64,000 nt of DNA, taken from contig OX597821.1 in the NCBI GenBank assembly GCA_951406725.2, positions 17,546,001-17,610,000 of the forward strand. Reading direction: 5' to 3'. This DNA comes from Octopus vulgaris (lineage: Eukaryota). The notes under the pieces are model-generated. The model did no database searches. It saw nothing but the letters and a program-made list of their open reading frames with translations, and was not told where the DNA came from. Within the stretch, counting starts at the first letter, position 1, and every line of letters begins with the position of its first letter. Made by a program: the position numbers and the translations under genes. Of the stretch, positions 1 to 13,431 are shown in pieces.

Positions 1-451
1 AGATAGATAGGTAGGTAGGTAAGTAGGTAACTAACTAACTAGATATAGATATTATATAACCCATACCAACATGGAAAAAGAACTACTGTAAAATATGTTG
101 GTACATATATACTACTAACACACAAACACACACACAGTTTTAAAGCTGTATTATCATCAGCCAACTAAACAGCACTCTATACTCTATCTGGCAGGGAGCC
201 AAATCCCAGATGACCAACACAAGGGCTGACCAGAAATACTATGCCGTGCGATCATCGCTGTTCAGTACTGGCCTATTGATCATGTTCTTGCACCAACCTG
301 TCGTTAAAGCAGGCTTTTTGCGGTCACTGAAACATATATTTATGAAAGGTATCTATTTCAATAGATTAAAAGAGAGTTATTTAGGCTTGGTTAGTAGTTT
401 TGACTTACAAAGATACACGCACACACACACACACAAATACATATATATTAT

Positions 452-482
<31 letters not shown>

Positions 483-574
483 CGTTCGTATGTGTGTGTA
501 TATTATACACGTCATGTATGTATATACATATATTGACAAAAATAAATAAATAAATAAATATATATATATATATA

Positions 575-1197
575 GGCGCAGGAGTGACTGTGTGGTAAGT
601 AGCTTGCTAACCAACCACATGGTTCCGGGTTCAGTCCCACTGCATGGCACCTTGAGCAAGTGTCTTCTAATATAGCCTCAGGCTGACCAAAGCCTTGTGA
701 GTGGATTTGGTAGACGCAAACTGGAAGAAGCCTGTCGTATATATGTATATATATGTCATCACCATCACCATCACGTGACCGACCAGTCCATCAGATGTAG
801 TTACACATCGCTGGTCACAATGCGTTCGCATTGTTTTAGCCTTCGAATGACGCCACCCCGCTGGCTAAGCGAGCAGGCCAACAGAAGAAAGAGTGGTGAA
901 AGAGTACAGCAGGGATCACCACCCCCTGCCGGAGCCTCGTGGAGCTTTTAGGTGTTTTCGCTCAATAAACACTCACAACGCCCGGTCTTGGAATCTAAAC
1001 CGCGATCCTACGACCGCGAGTCCGCTGCCCTAACCACTAGGCCATTGCGCCTCCACACATATATATATATATGTGTGTATATGTTTATGTGTCTGTGTTT
1101 GTACCCCCAACATTGCTTGACAACCAATGCTGGTGTGTTTATGTCCCTGTAACATAGCAGTTCAGCAAATGAGACTGATAGAATAAGTACTAGACTC
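575..1197 (+). mobile_element. tRNA-derived SINE family A, interrupted by a family B SINE
   Basis: Head ggcgcaggagtgactgtgtggt...ggttcagtccc with A/B-box-like motifs. The same sequence recurs more than 15 times in the window. Confidence 0.85.
757..1056 (-). mobile_element. tRNA-derived SINE family B (tail type 1), nested in the internal (TA)n of SINE A
   Basis: Minus strand begins gtggaggcgcaatggcctagtggttagggcagcggac. Near-identical copies at 49853 and 63667. Confidence 0.85.
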
Positions 1198-1214
1198 CAT
1201 TATTTAATAGTTTC

Positions 1215-3320
1215 TTTAATAGGATGTTGTGGTTAAGCTTGTCAAAGGTCTTATTGAAGATCAGGTAGATGAAATCTGCATTGGAGCCTTCTCCCACAGC
1301 CTTAGGATGTCATGAAAGTGATGCAAGACCTGTGTTGGGCCAGTCTTGCCATCATGGAAACCATACTGGTTAAGTTAGTAAAAGTTAATTATCTTCTCAA
1401 GTCATACCGACTATTAACCCTTTAGTATTCAGATTACTCTGTTAAATGTAATAGTTTTTCACTCAAATTGTTTTGAATTAATCATGCATTATCTTATAGT
1501 TTTGAGGTTTCAATGATGTGATAGTTTATTTTTAGAATATCAATGTAGGTTAGGTGTGAGAGGCTAGATATCACCAGTTTGAATATAAAACATACAGAAT
1601 ATTTGGGCTGGATATGGTTAAGGGCTAGTTTCCCGGTTTCATGGAGTATAAATTCCATACATGGATGGGACACCAGTCCATTGCAATGTTACTCATTTTT
1701 GCCAGCCAAGTGGACTGGAGTAACATGAAATGAAGTGTTTTAGTCAAAAACACGTGCGACCTAGTCTAAGAATTGAAACCACAATCATACAATCATGAGT
1801 CCAACATCCTAACAACCAAGCCACATATCTCCACGTGTTGGTTTGGAATAAGTAGACTGTTACTTTCCAGAAAATGAGTTACTTGAGATCTCACCACTCT
1901 CTCATAATTTGTTGCCCTTTTGAAAACTGGGACGATCAACTGAGATAGGATTTGTTCAGGAATATAGCCAGCATCCGGTGATTTCCTCCAGAGAATAGCT
2001 AAAGGGAATGCTAGTTAATAGTGGCACTCCTTCAGGACTCAAGTGAGAGACCTATTGGGGCTTGCCGCTGAGTTGTTTGTAAATTTGTTAATAACTGCTA
2101 TGATATCTAAGGCACTAAGTGATTACGTTGGATAGGGTGTGCTGGGGGTTTGTTTGACTGTTGCTGTCAGGATTAAACATGTTGGGATTGCTGAATGTGG
2201 AGTAGTATTGCTTCTGCAGAATCTCAGCCATGTCTTCTGCACCACTATGCAAAGTGTTGTCTTCATCTATCAGAGGTCAAGCAAGTGAGACCATGACCTT
2301 ATGCTTTTTGGTGAACGAGAACATTTTAGGATTGACTTTTTTTTTCTCTATGATCTACTTTTCATCTGCTGCTCTTTGACTGTTGACGATAATCTTCATG
2401 CAGTTTTGGAGATAGTGTTTCTCTGATTCCTGTAAAGCTATATATGTCAAGGATGGGCAATGCAGCTGGCAATATTTCAACTGGTTGAGTTTTCAATAAA
2501 TCCTTTTTATTTTTCTTGTAAGTGTTCTTCTGTTATATGGGAGCTTGTATTTAGTTTTGCTCGTGGACTGTAGTTGGGTGTATGAACATATATTTGTGAC
2601 AATGTCCACAAATAGCTGCCAGGAGAGTATGAGTGAAAGATGATAGGTGGTTGCCTACAATTTAGCATTTCGTTGGTCCATTAGGTGAAAATGGTGTGCT
2701 GGAGCAAAATCATACTGCCAAAATCTCAAACTACAGAGAACCATATTATGGTCAGACAGGAGGGTTTCTTTCCCACTGTATAGTGTTAGTGTGGTTACTA
2801 AGCATTAAGTCCAATGTGTTTATGGTGAATCTCATTGGAACATATACGAATTGGGACAGGAAAAATTTCTTCATGAATTTGAAAAGTAATTTCACTGCTG
2901 CATTCTCTGGGGTTGAAATGCACACACCTGTCTTCAAGGTATGACCTTAGAGATGTCAACACAAGTAAAATTGATGTTATTCATCATTAGGACATTATAA
3001 GATCGGCACGGTTGAATGAAAGAATTAAAATTCATGAGGCAGTCTTTGAAACACAGTAGAGGCTCTTGGTGTGGCCTGTAGAGCCCAATTATTTCTAAAT
3101 CATTAGTTTTGTTACACATGGACACTGATTCACAATAGCCATTGAACAATGAGATATTATTAGTACCTGTGGTAAATGTGTAGGAAAATAGCTGCTCCTC
3201 CCTCTCTGCTACTTGCACAGTCTGTGCGAATGGTGGTAGTATTCCTCACCTTTTCTTCAGTTTTCAAGTGAGAATTGTTAAGGTGAGTCTCTGTAAGAAT
3301 GAAGAAAGGGATGTGATGGG
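1215..3320 (-). pseudogene. Highly decayed APE-RT LINE, interrupted by other repeats
   Basis: Minus-strand remnants ILTETHL..IRTDC..REGGAAIF and IIGLYRP (APE domain), and ADFIYLIFNKTFDKL (RT DFxKAFD motif). Similar to the LINE at 31.1-34.3 kb. Confidence 0.7.
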
Positions 3321-3362
3321 GATGGTCATTGGGGTGGGGTGGGGGTTGACAGATATATATGG

Positions 3363-3382
<20 letters not shown>

Positions 3383-3393
<11 letters not shown>

Positions 3394-4440
3394 CTTACTT
3401 GGAGGAAACGAAACGACGTGAGGGCGCTCAGTCATACAATAGTGTAATATATAAAATATATGCATACATACATATATGTACGTACCTACATCTACATGTA
3501 TATATACATGCATATATAAATATATATACGTGAGTACAGGACGTACTCACGTATATATATTTATAAATGCATGTATATATACATGTAGATGTAGGTACGT
3601 ACGTACGTACGTACCATATATGTATGTATGCATATATTTTATATATTACACTATTGTATGACTGAGCACCCTCACGTCGTTTCGTTTCCTCCAAGTAAGT
3701 TTTTATATATAATTATGACGCGAAACTCTATAACCCTTTGCTTGACCTTCCCTTCCTTCCTTGTCTACCTCTATCTCTCTCTCTCTCTCTCACTCCTCCT
3801 CATCTCTCTCACAGCCGCTTGTCTTCCTCTCTCTCTCACTCTCTCCTCATCTCTCTCACAGCCGGGCGACCACTTCCTTTCGCTTGCGGCTTCCTAACAG
3901 TGAACACGCTTTCTTCCTGCGCTCTTAAAAAATCTTTCCTCGTCTAGGCCAAAAGGCCCTCATTGTTTGTTTTCTTGTTTGTTTTTATTTCTTGTACTGT
4001 ATTTTTTTGTAATTGTATTTTCATTTTGTATTTTATTTTGTAATTTTATTTGTATCGTTTTTACGTCCTGTTTTTGTCACATTTTTTTCTTTTCTTGTTT
4101 TTACCCCTCTGCAAAGGAATTTTATTTAATTCTTTCGCAGGAAGGGCTAGTTCGACTAGTCGTGTTCTGTCCTCACCTTCGAAACACGCAAGGAGTCGTA
4201 CTAGGGTCGGCTGATGAAGGGGATTTTTCCTTGTGTTGTTTGTCTTGTACTCTGTTTTTTCATTGTTAAAAAAAAGGTCCTTTTCCATGTTTGTTTTTAC
4301 GTTTTCGTTTCTCATTGAGTTCTACGTCTATTTGTGGTGTCCTGTACTCACGTATATATATTTATATATACATGTATATATACATGTAGATGTAGGTACA
4401 TACATATATGTATGTATGTATGCATATATTTTATATATTA

Positions 4441-4446
<6 letters not shown>
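3383..4446 (+). mobile_element. Non-autonomous element with an inverted and a direct copy of its own 3' end (Penelope-like architecture)
   Basis: Palindrome with arms about 3383-3537 and 3543-3710, and a third direct copy at 4339-4446. Flanked by (TA)n. Related element at about 51820-52920. Confidence 0.6.
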
Positions 4447-4478
<32 letters not shown>

Positions 4479-4639
4479 TGTATGGTAAGTAAGTTTTACT
4501 ACCATTAGTTTCTTGTCACTTGAAAATAGCTAACTTAAGATGAATATGTCTATCGACTGATAAAATTTATAAAACTAGAAATGTTTGCTTATTGGCCATC
4601 GTTTTTTATCATTTGTGTGTGTGTAAAAATGTCTGCATA

Positions 4640-4772
4640 TGTGTGTGTTTGTATATGTATAGATGTGTGTGTATGTATGTGTATTGATGTGTGTGTATGT
4701 ATGTGTATTGATGTGTGTGTATGTATGTGTATTGATGTGTGTGTATGTATGTGTATAGATGTGTGTGTGTGT
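4640..4772. repeat. 24-bp tandem repeat
   Basis: About 5 copies of gatgtgtgtgtatgtatgtgtatt. Confidence 0.85.
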
Positions 4773-5440
4773 ACAGTCATTGATTTTTTTTGTCTGCTTT
4801 TTCCGAGGCTGGTATGATTCTTATTAATCTGCAACACACCAGCCTTCTGAAGGTCTTAGAACCTCTAGAGTATGCACCACTAATGCGCTTTATGCTGGCT
4901 CATGCCGTATAGTCGCTGGTGTTTTCTGTTTTTTGATACACTGTTTTTTTATGCATATGCCTGTGTGTTTATATATGTTTGTGTTTGTGTATATAGAAAC
5001 AAACACAGTAGCCTGGTGTAGTCTTCTACCTGGCAAGCACCTAACAAACTGTCCAACCCATGCCAGCATTGGAAGACGAATGTTAAATAATGATATATAT
5101 CTCTATATATACTCTTTATCTTATATTAAACTTTTAGTACTTTTTGATAGTATAAAAAAAAAAAATAAATAAATATAAAAATATAAAAAAATAAAAAATG
5201 TAAATATAAATAAAAAAAATAATTAATTAAATAAAATAATAATAAAAATATATATAGTTATAATTTATAAGTTTAAATTATTAATTTAAATAATTTTTTT
5301 AAATTTTAACTTTAATTTAAATATTTTAATTGGATTTTTATATTTTATATTTTTTATATTTTTAATTAATTTTATTTCTATGTATTGGCTTATGATTTTC
5401 ACTGTTTGATTTGCCTAATAGTGGTTTTATCTCTAATTTA

Positions 5441-5489
<49 letters not shown>

Positions 5490-6565
5490 GTACATGTGTG
5501 TATATATTTTCTGTAAATATTAATATAAGCTAAAGTTTATAAGTGTTCACTGTATATTGGCTGTAGAAAATAGTCTAATATCAGAGCATATAATCCTTCA
5601 AAGGAAAAAAAAGGGATATTGGCATGTGTGGGAAGTGAACCCACACTTATTACTTCCATGCATATTAATACCCATTTTTTACAATGTTAGATTATTTTCT
5701 GCAGCAAATGTACATGGAACACTAATAAGCTGTAACTAATAATTATATTTACAGAATTTTCACTCTTAATTATTTCTTAACTTAATGCAGAATATATATA
5801 CAAGAGGAATGACCTGTTAGTGGACATCCATTATGCTAGAAGAAGATCCACTATGGTCTTACCACTAAGAAAAGAATGTTCTCAAGAAAATTTAGCAAAA
5901 GCCAGAATGTATATATATATATAATGGAGAAATTGGTGTGTCTGCACATGTGTATGTTTTGGATGGTGTGACCAAAGCTGGCAAGCTATTTTCTAGCATG
6001 GACAACAGACGTTAAATGGTGATGATAATGATATATTGATATAATGTCTAATTTCCAATGTTCACATGGGGAGACAGAGTTTACTGAGACAGATTTTCTA
6101 TGGGCAGATGCTCTTCTTGTTTCCAGTCCTCACCTATTTCCAAGCAAGGAATATTTCCCCATGGCCAGACATTTCCACAGAATATTAGAAATGAACAGCA
6201 TTCTTTGTATGACATGTGGTATTTATTTACTAATACCACGGGATTTCAAGCCAAGGAAAAACAAACACACATACGTTCACACTGATACATACATAGTTGG
6301 ATGATAATGATGATGATACATGTGTGTGTGTATTTGTGTGTGCATACACTCATATATATATATATATATATCAGTGTTGATCATAAAGCCAAATGCAAGA
6401 CAGCCAAATTTTAAATTATATAAACATCAAGATACAAAAGGCTTGAAGAACTAAGACTCCAAATTTTGGAATGTTTCAGAAGAAAATAATTTGAAGATGT
6501 TCCTAAATGCATTGCTTGCAGTTTTAAGAGAGGTCTGTTTGAGAATTTTTTATAATATATTTATA

Positions 6566-6931
6566 GGCGCAGGAGTGGCTGTGTGGTAAGTAGCTTGCTT
6601 ACCAACCACATGGTTCCGGGTTCAGTCCCACTGTGTGGCATCTTGGGCAAGTGTCTTCTGCTATAGCCTCGGGCCGACCAATGCCTTGTGAGTGGATTTG
6701 GTAGACGGAAACTGAAAGAAGCCTGTTGGATATATGTATATATATATATACGTGTGTGTGTGTTGTGTGTCTGTGTTTGTCCCCGTTATTTAGTGGTTCG
6801 GCAAAAAGAGACCGATAGAATAAGTACTGGGCTTACAAAGAATAAGTCCCAGAGTCGATTTGCTCGATTAAAGGTGGTGCTCCAGCATGGCCGCAGTCAA
6901 ATGACTGAAACAAGTAAAAGAGTAAAAGAGT
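6566..6931 (+). mobile_element. SINE family A
   Basis: Full head through the (gtaaaaga)n tail. Confidence 0.85.
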
Positions 6932-7217
6932 ATTGTTTTATAATATATTTATTGTTTTATAATGATACATTTAAATAACAAAGAGATATGTGAGGACATC
7001 CATTTACAAGAAAACAACAAGAAAGTTATAATCTGTGTGGTTAAGAAACTCACTTTGCAACTACATGATTTCAGGTTCAGTCCCATTGCATGGTACCTTA
7101 GGCAAACGTCATTTACTTATAACCCCAGTTCATTCAAAGCTTTGAGAGTGAATTTTGTAGATAGAAACTAAGTGTGTATTTTTCTTTTGTTCCTCCCTCT
7201 CGCTGCCAATTGGTGTG

Positions 7218-7446
7218 TTAACCTTTTGTTACCAATCCAGCTGAAACCGGTTCTGGCTCTGTAGTACAAATGTTTTGTATTCATAAGTTCTGAATAAAAA
7301 TCTTCCACCAAACCTTAGTCACAATTTATGTTCCCAACACTAGCTGAATGATAACTAAGTTATTTTACTAAATTCTTTGTTATATTTAAAATTGATTGAA
7401 AGAAACACGGAGCATCTCAAAATAAATACAATAACAAAAGGGTTAA
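7218..7446. mobile_element. piggyBac-like MITE
   Basis: ttaaccttttgtta...taacaaaagggttaa: TTAA flanks with short TIRs. Confidence 0.55.
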
Positions 7447-7746
7447 TGTCCCAATACCATCATGGTTCAGCAGAAGGAACTTACAGGGTAAATACCAGGC
7501 TTTAAAAAAAATGTACTGGAGTCAATTTGTTTGCCTAAGGCCTTCAAAGCAGTACCCAAGCATGGCCACAGTCCAGTGGCTGGAATAAGTAAAAGTTAAA
7601 AGATTTGTTTTTTGCAAGAATATGATATCAAAAAAATAACAAAAAAGTAAATAGTTTATTTACTGTATACTTCTTTCTTTCAAATTCTCTTATTAAATAT
7701 TTTCATTTCTTTTTTTTTTTTACTACAAACATAAGTATACCAAATA

Positions 7747-8091
7747 GGTGCAGGACGTGGCTGTGTGGTAAGAAGTTTGCTTCCCAACCACATGGTTCTG
7801 GGTTCAATACCATTGTATGGCACCTTGGGCAACTGTCTTCTACAATAGCCTTGGGCCAACCAAAGCCTTATGAGTGGATTTGATAGACAGAAACTGAAAG
7901 AGTGTGAGTGTGTCTATGTTTGTCCCCACTACTGCTTGATAATTGGCGTCAGTATGTATACGTCCCCATAACTTAGCAGTTCAGCAAAAGACACTGATAG
8001 AATAAGTACTAAGGTTGATTCATTCAACTAACAATTTCTTCAAGTTGGTGCCCCAGCATGACCACAGTCTAATGACTGTAACAAGTAAAAT
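7747..8091 (+). mobile_element. SINE family A, diverged
   Basis: Homologous to other family A copies over the full length. Confidence 0.8.
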
Positions 8092-8286
8092 AAGGAAAAA
8101 AATTATTAAAAGACTAAATTTTATATAATGGTATTGCACAGCAAAATGGGTGACGGCAAAGAAAGATAGGTGCACGAGCCTGCTTTTGATATATTAAAAT
8201 TCAGCCTTTTAATTGATGTATATGTTTAGTATGTTTATGTTTATTGACAGAAAAGAAGGAAAATATTTCATAAGAAGAAAATTTTA

Positions 8287-8516
8287 GGCACAGGAGTGGC
8301 TGTGTGGTAAGTAGCTTGCTTACCAACCACATGGTTCTCGGTTCAGTCCCAAGGTGCCACGCAGTGGGACTGAACCGAGAACCATGTGGTTGGTAAGCAG
8401 GTTCTCGGTTCAGTCCCACTGCATGGCACCTTGGACAAGTGTCTTCTACTATAGCATCGGGCCGACCAAAGCCTTGTGAGTGGATTTGGTAGACGGAAAC
8501 TGAAAGAAGCCCGTCG

Positions 8517-8555
<39 letters not shown>

Positions 8556-8776
8556 GGATGTGTGTGTATATGTTTGTGTGTCTGTGTTTGTCCCTCCAGC
8601 ATCGCTTGACAACCAATGCTGGTTTGTTTACGTCACCGTAACTTGGCGGTTCGGCAAACGAAACTGATAGAATAAGTACTAGACTTACAAAGAATAAGTC
8701 CTGGGGTCGATTTGCTCAACTAAAGGCGGTGCTCCAGCATGGCCGCAGTCAAATGACTGAAATAAGTAAAAGAGTA
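8287..8776 (+). mobile_element. SINE family A with an internal inverted duplication
   Basis: Inverted self-copy at 8352-8399. Confidence 0.85.
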
Positions 8777-9527
8777 ATAGATGTATTCAAGAAATAAACT
8801 ATTTTTCGCTTCTGTTTGTGCCTTCAATGTTTTATCTCTACAATGCATTTTCATCGTTTAAGGTTTTATTGTTTATATATGTAAATAGCTCACAATATCT
8901 CAGTAGCATTTGTTATTTCAATGTAGCATTATATAAAAATGTAATAAACTTCATTCTGAAACTGTAAATAAATGCATTATAAATGTTTTAAGACCTTTCT
9001 TTTTATTATTTTTTATCATCCCCTGAAATAGTTATACTGATGTAATATAGTAAAATGAGTAAATATAACATGTTTCATCAATAAATTTCCTTGAAAAAAC
9101 GGCAAAATATAAATTTTTTTCAGGCAATTTGTCATATTTTTCCCCTAGTTTATTTCAAATTTTGTTGTTCAGAAACTGCGGTCTTTCTATTTTCTAGTAT
9201 TCTGATTTTAGCTCATTTGAAATTTGGCCTTCTTACATTCAGCCTTATGACTCAAACCTACAAAGAAACATTATTTCATAGCAGTGCTGCAGCATGGCCA
9301 CAACCAAATGAGTGCAACCAGTAAAAGAACAAATATCAAAAACTTAGATTTCAATATCTGGATATCAACTTAACACAAACATTTATGAAATACTATTCTA
9401 TTGAGGTTGGTGATAACTCCAGGATAGCTCTGGTTGGACAAACAGAACACTGATAAAATTCCTTGCCAACCATGACCACCTCTGTTGTTCCTTTTGTTTA
9501 TTTATCCTCTGTCATTATATATCTTTT

Positions 9528-9745
9528 AGGCGGTGAGCAGGCAGAAACGTTGGCACACTGGGCGAAATGCTTAGCAGTATCTCATCTGTCATTACGTTCT
9601 GAGTTCAAATTCTGCCAAGGTCAACTTTGCCTTTCATCCTTTTGGGGTTGATTAGATAAGTACCAGTTATGCACAGGGGTTGATGTTATTGACTTAATCC
9701 CTTTGTCTGTCTTTGTTTAGCCCCTTGTGGGCAATAAAGAAATAA
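9528..9745 (+). mobile_element. SINE family C
   Basis: ggcggtgagcaggcagaaacgtt...gagttcaaattc...ggtcaactttgcctttcatcc. Copies at 25812, 27190(-), 56066 and 58375(-). Confidence 0.8.
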
Positions 9746-10618
9746 AATTATATATCTTTTATATATCATCCAGTATGTAACACTGCATTAGTGTAACTTG
9801 AGGAAAGTTTCACTGCTATTTCTTGCAGATAATATTTCTACTTAGATGTCCCCTTGATGATCCAATGATTTTGTTTTTTGTTTTTTTTTAAATAAAGCAT
9901 CGATAGTAAGATTTTTCAGTTAAGCTAATAAATAAAAGAAACACATTCTCATTAATTGACATAAGTAAATACAAAATAATAAATAATAAATAAAGAGAAA
10001 TAAATTAAATAAAAACAAATTGTCTTCTCAAAGCTTGTCACCAATGAAATGTGTTTCTCATACAAGACATGTGCAACAGAACATAAAACTTATTCCTTCA
10101 AAACAGCCAAGTATCAACACAAAAGATATTGAAGTTATCATTTATTCTACTGCTGTTGTTGCGACTGCAGAATATATAAAGAGTGTTTGAAGTGTTTTCA
10201 ATAATGCCACATTGTACTGTTATTACCATACAATAATGCTGAAAATAAACTTTTTGGAATTAACCCTTTGTCGTGACATGAGACTGCGTAAAATTTTCAG
10301 TGAACGCTATTCATTGCCAGGGTTTGATTTTTCAATTTGAATGGCCCAACATGCTAACCAGATATCAAATAAGAAGTCTATGAATGCTGAAATTCTGTTT
10401 TATGTTCTAATCTAACCACTAAGCTCAGATCTATAGTTTTATGTCCAGCTGAAAACAATCGTCATTATTGCTGCTGTTTTGAATTCAGATCCTGTCAGTG
10501 GGAACCCTATTGTGACCTTTCACCATTCAAATGACTTTATGAGCTTCTCTATAAATTTATAGACCTTGTCATTAAATGGATATAAGAAATCAGTGTTATT
10601 GCTGTTGCGATAAAGATA

Positions 10619-11139
10619 CCGTAAATCCTCGAGTATAGTCCGCCCTTGAGTATAATATGCAGGGGATTTTTAGGGGGCTCTACCTCTGAAAAACCTAAAC
10701 CTTGCGTATTATACTCACCCCTTCTCTAACTTGAGTGTGCGTAATTAAGCCAGCAGCACCTAGTTGAACAAACACTTCCACGCAAGCGTAATACAATAAT
10801 GCTGATGTTCTTAACTGTCATATGGGAATGTAAATATGTTTGCAACTTGTTTTTGTTACATGTTATTCTGTGTTTTGAATACTTTTATTTTAATAAATGT
10901 TGCTTACTGCAAGTTATGGATGATTCTTTTATGACTTCATTGCTTTCAGGCTTAGCTTAAGATATTTTCGCGCCCGACATCACAAAATGCTTCTGAATAA
11001 ACATTGCCGGACAGCAAATAGAGACTGGGACATTGCTTAGAAAGTATTTTTCATTTTTAACCTCGTATATAGTACGCACTAGGGATTTTGACCTTTAAAT
11101 TTTTGGGGGAAAATGCAGATTATACTCAAAGATTTACGG
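10619..11139. mobile_element. pogo/Tigger-type non-autonomous DNA transposon
   Basis: TA|ccgtaaatcctcgagtatagtc ... gattatactcaaagatttacgg|TA terminal inverted repeats, with an internal repeat of the TIR motif. Confidence 0.7.
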
Positions 11140-11189
11140 TATACATGTGTATGTATGTGTGCACCTGCAAAGATATTTGAAAAGACACA

Positions 11190-11731
11190 AATACCATTAC
11201 ATCGTACATAAACATCATCACATCATACACAGACACCATCACATCAAACACAAAACCATCACATCATACAAACACAATCACATCTGATACATGGACACCA
11301 TCACATCATACACAAAACCATCACATCATACAAACACAATCACATCTGATACATGGACACCATCACATCAAACACAAAACCATCACATCATACAAACACA
11401 ATCACATCTGATACATGGATACCATCACATTATACACAAAACCATCACATCATACAAACACAATCACATCTGATACATGGACACCATCACATCATACACA
11501 AAACCATCACATCATACAAACACAATCACATCTGATACATGGACACCATCACATCATACACAAAACCATCACATCATACAAACACAATCACATCTGATAC
11601 ATGGATACCATCACATCATACACAAAATCATCACATCATACAAACACAATCACATCTGATACATGGATACCATCACATCATACACAAAATCATCACATCA
11701 TACAAACACAATCACATCTGATACATGGACA
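11190..11731. repeat. 62-bp minisatellite (about 8 copies)
   Basis: Unit acatggacaccatcacatcatacacaaaaccatcacatcatacaaacacaatcacatctgat. The ORF track shows near-identical ORFs every 62 nt. Confidence 0.95.
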
Positions 11732-13245
11732 TTGATACAAGAGACCAATAGAATAAGTACTGGGCTTACAAAGAATAAGTCCCGGGGTCGAGTTGTTCGA
11801 TTAAAGGCGGTGCTCCAGCATGGCAGCAGTCAAATGACTGAAACAAGTAAAAGAGAGTAAAAAGAGAGTATTAATTTATCTCCCAAACTCCAGTTTATTA
11901 ATGATGCAGTTATTTTACTAAATTCTTCATTAGTACCAAAATTAATTAAAACAAAGGCAGTGTGTTTTAACAGGAATTTGGTAGTAAAAAGGGTCAAATA
12001 GCTACACCTTTCCTAGACATTCCAAAAGACATAAATGCCACATCATACAGACTTCTATTACTTTTAAGTTATGAATTGTCAGAGCCTTTAAAGTGTAAGA
12101 CAAAATAACGTCTTGTAATATTTTTTCTGGTGCTCTGTACTCTGAGTTCAAATCCTACCCAGATCAACTTCTCCTTTCATGTTATCATGAGTTGATAATA
12201 TACAGTACTATTGCAGAGTGATGAATTTGTGGAATTGATCAAGTATTAGAACAAAATGCCTTACGGGATTTTTTCCAACTCTTTCCATTCAAAATTCTTG
12301 GCTGAATGTCACCAGCTTGTTCCTTGAGGGCTTTTAGCTCTCTGTTGCAGGCATTCAGGCAAGGCCAGCTCTCTGGTTTAAGGATAACTTCTGACCACCA
12401 ATCTTGGATGCCCTAAAAAAAAGAAATTTAAGGGTTATGCATGCAACTTTTTCTTCTCTCATTAATGTGCAGGGCCTAGAGAGGGAATAGTCACAATATT
12501 GATGAAAAATGGAGGACAGAAATTAAGAGGAGAAGGTAGTCAAGTGGTTGGCCTAGGTAGAGGTGTCATATGAGACAAGCCACCTCCAAGCAGAGACCAT
12601 TGTAATAGTAGTGGTACAAAAGGCAAAGAGAAGAAACGGCATGTCTGAACACCAGAAAGTAAAGCAATGCTGGAAACTTCATGTGTATAGATATGGTAGA
12701 TTGAAACAGAAAGAAACCCTTGCTTTGTGCACTTGCTTGATGGGGCTGGACTCATGCCAGGTTAGTGATACCAAGGACATCAATCATGCGTAGAGTTTAT
12801 CCCCAGTGCTCTCCATCACTGATAGTCCCATGCCAGTTCCACTGCATCGTATATATGTATGTGTGTGTGTGTCTATGTACATATGATATGTGTGTTTTTG
12901 ACAACTGGTGTTGGCTTGTTTACATCCCTGTAACTTAGTAGTTTGGCAAAAAGCGATCAATAGAATAAGTACCAGACTTAAAAGTAGGTACCAAGGTTGG
13001 TATGTTTGACTAATCCCTGCAAGCCACTGCCCCAGCATCACCACAGTCCAAAGACTGAAATTAGTGAGACATAAAAGATAAAGATAACCTAAAAAATGAA
13101 AGAAAAACAATATGCTCATCGATTAATTACTCATTGCATCAATTAATTACTCATTGCATTGATTAATTACTCATTGCTCTTACTAATTATTGCAGTGATA
13201 TGTATCATGAATATTACACATCTACAGTCAGGTGTGTGTGTGTTT

Positions 13246-13291
<46 letters not shown>

Positions 13292-13431
13292 ATGTACACA
13301 CATACATAGAATAGATTGAATATGTATGTGTGTACATATATTAATACATTTGAATATATATATATGTGTGTGTGAGTATGTGCATGTTTATGTGAATGTT
13401 TGTGTCGCACAGTACTTGATTCATATTACTA

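Noticed and set aside
980-1056. tRNA gene
   Set aside because: It is the tRNA-like head of a multi-copy SINE that continues into SINE body and tail, and it lacks a clean cloverleaf.
5145-5380. Almost pure A/T tract with A-rich then T-rich halves (possible organelle insert or origin)
   Set aside because: It is low complexity with no recognisable gene or terminal structure, so it cannot be supported.
11291-11860. Series of 60-aa ORFs, or a CRISPR-like array
   Set aside because: It is a pure tandem repeat with no unique spacers. The ORFs are frame-shifted translations of one 62-bp unit, and the context is eukaryotic.
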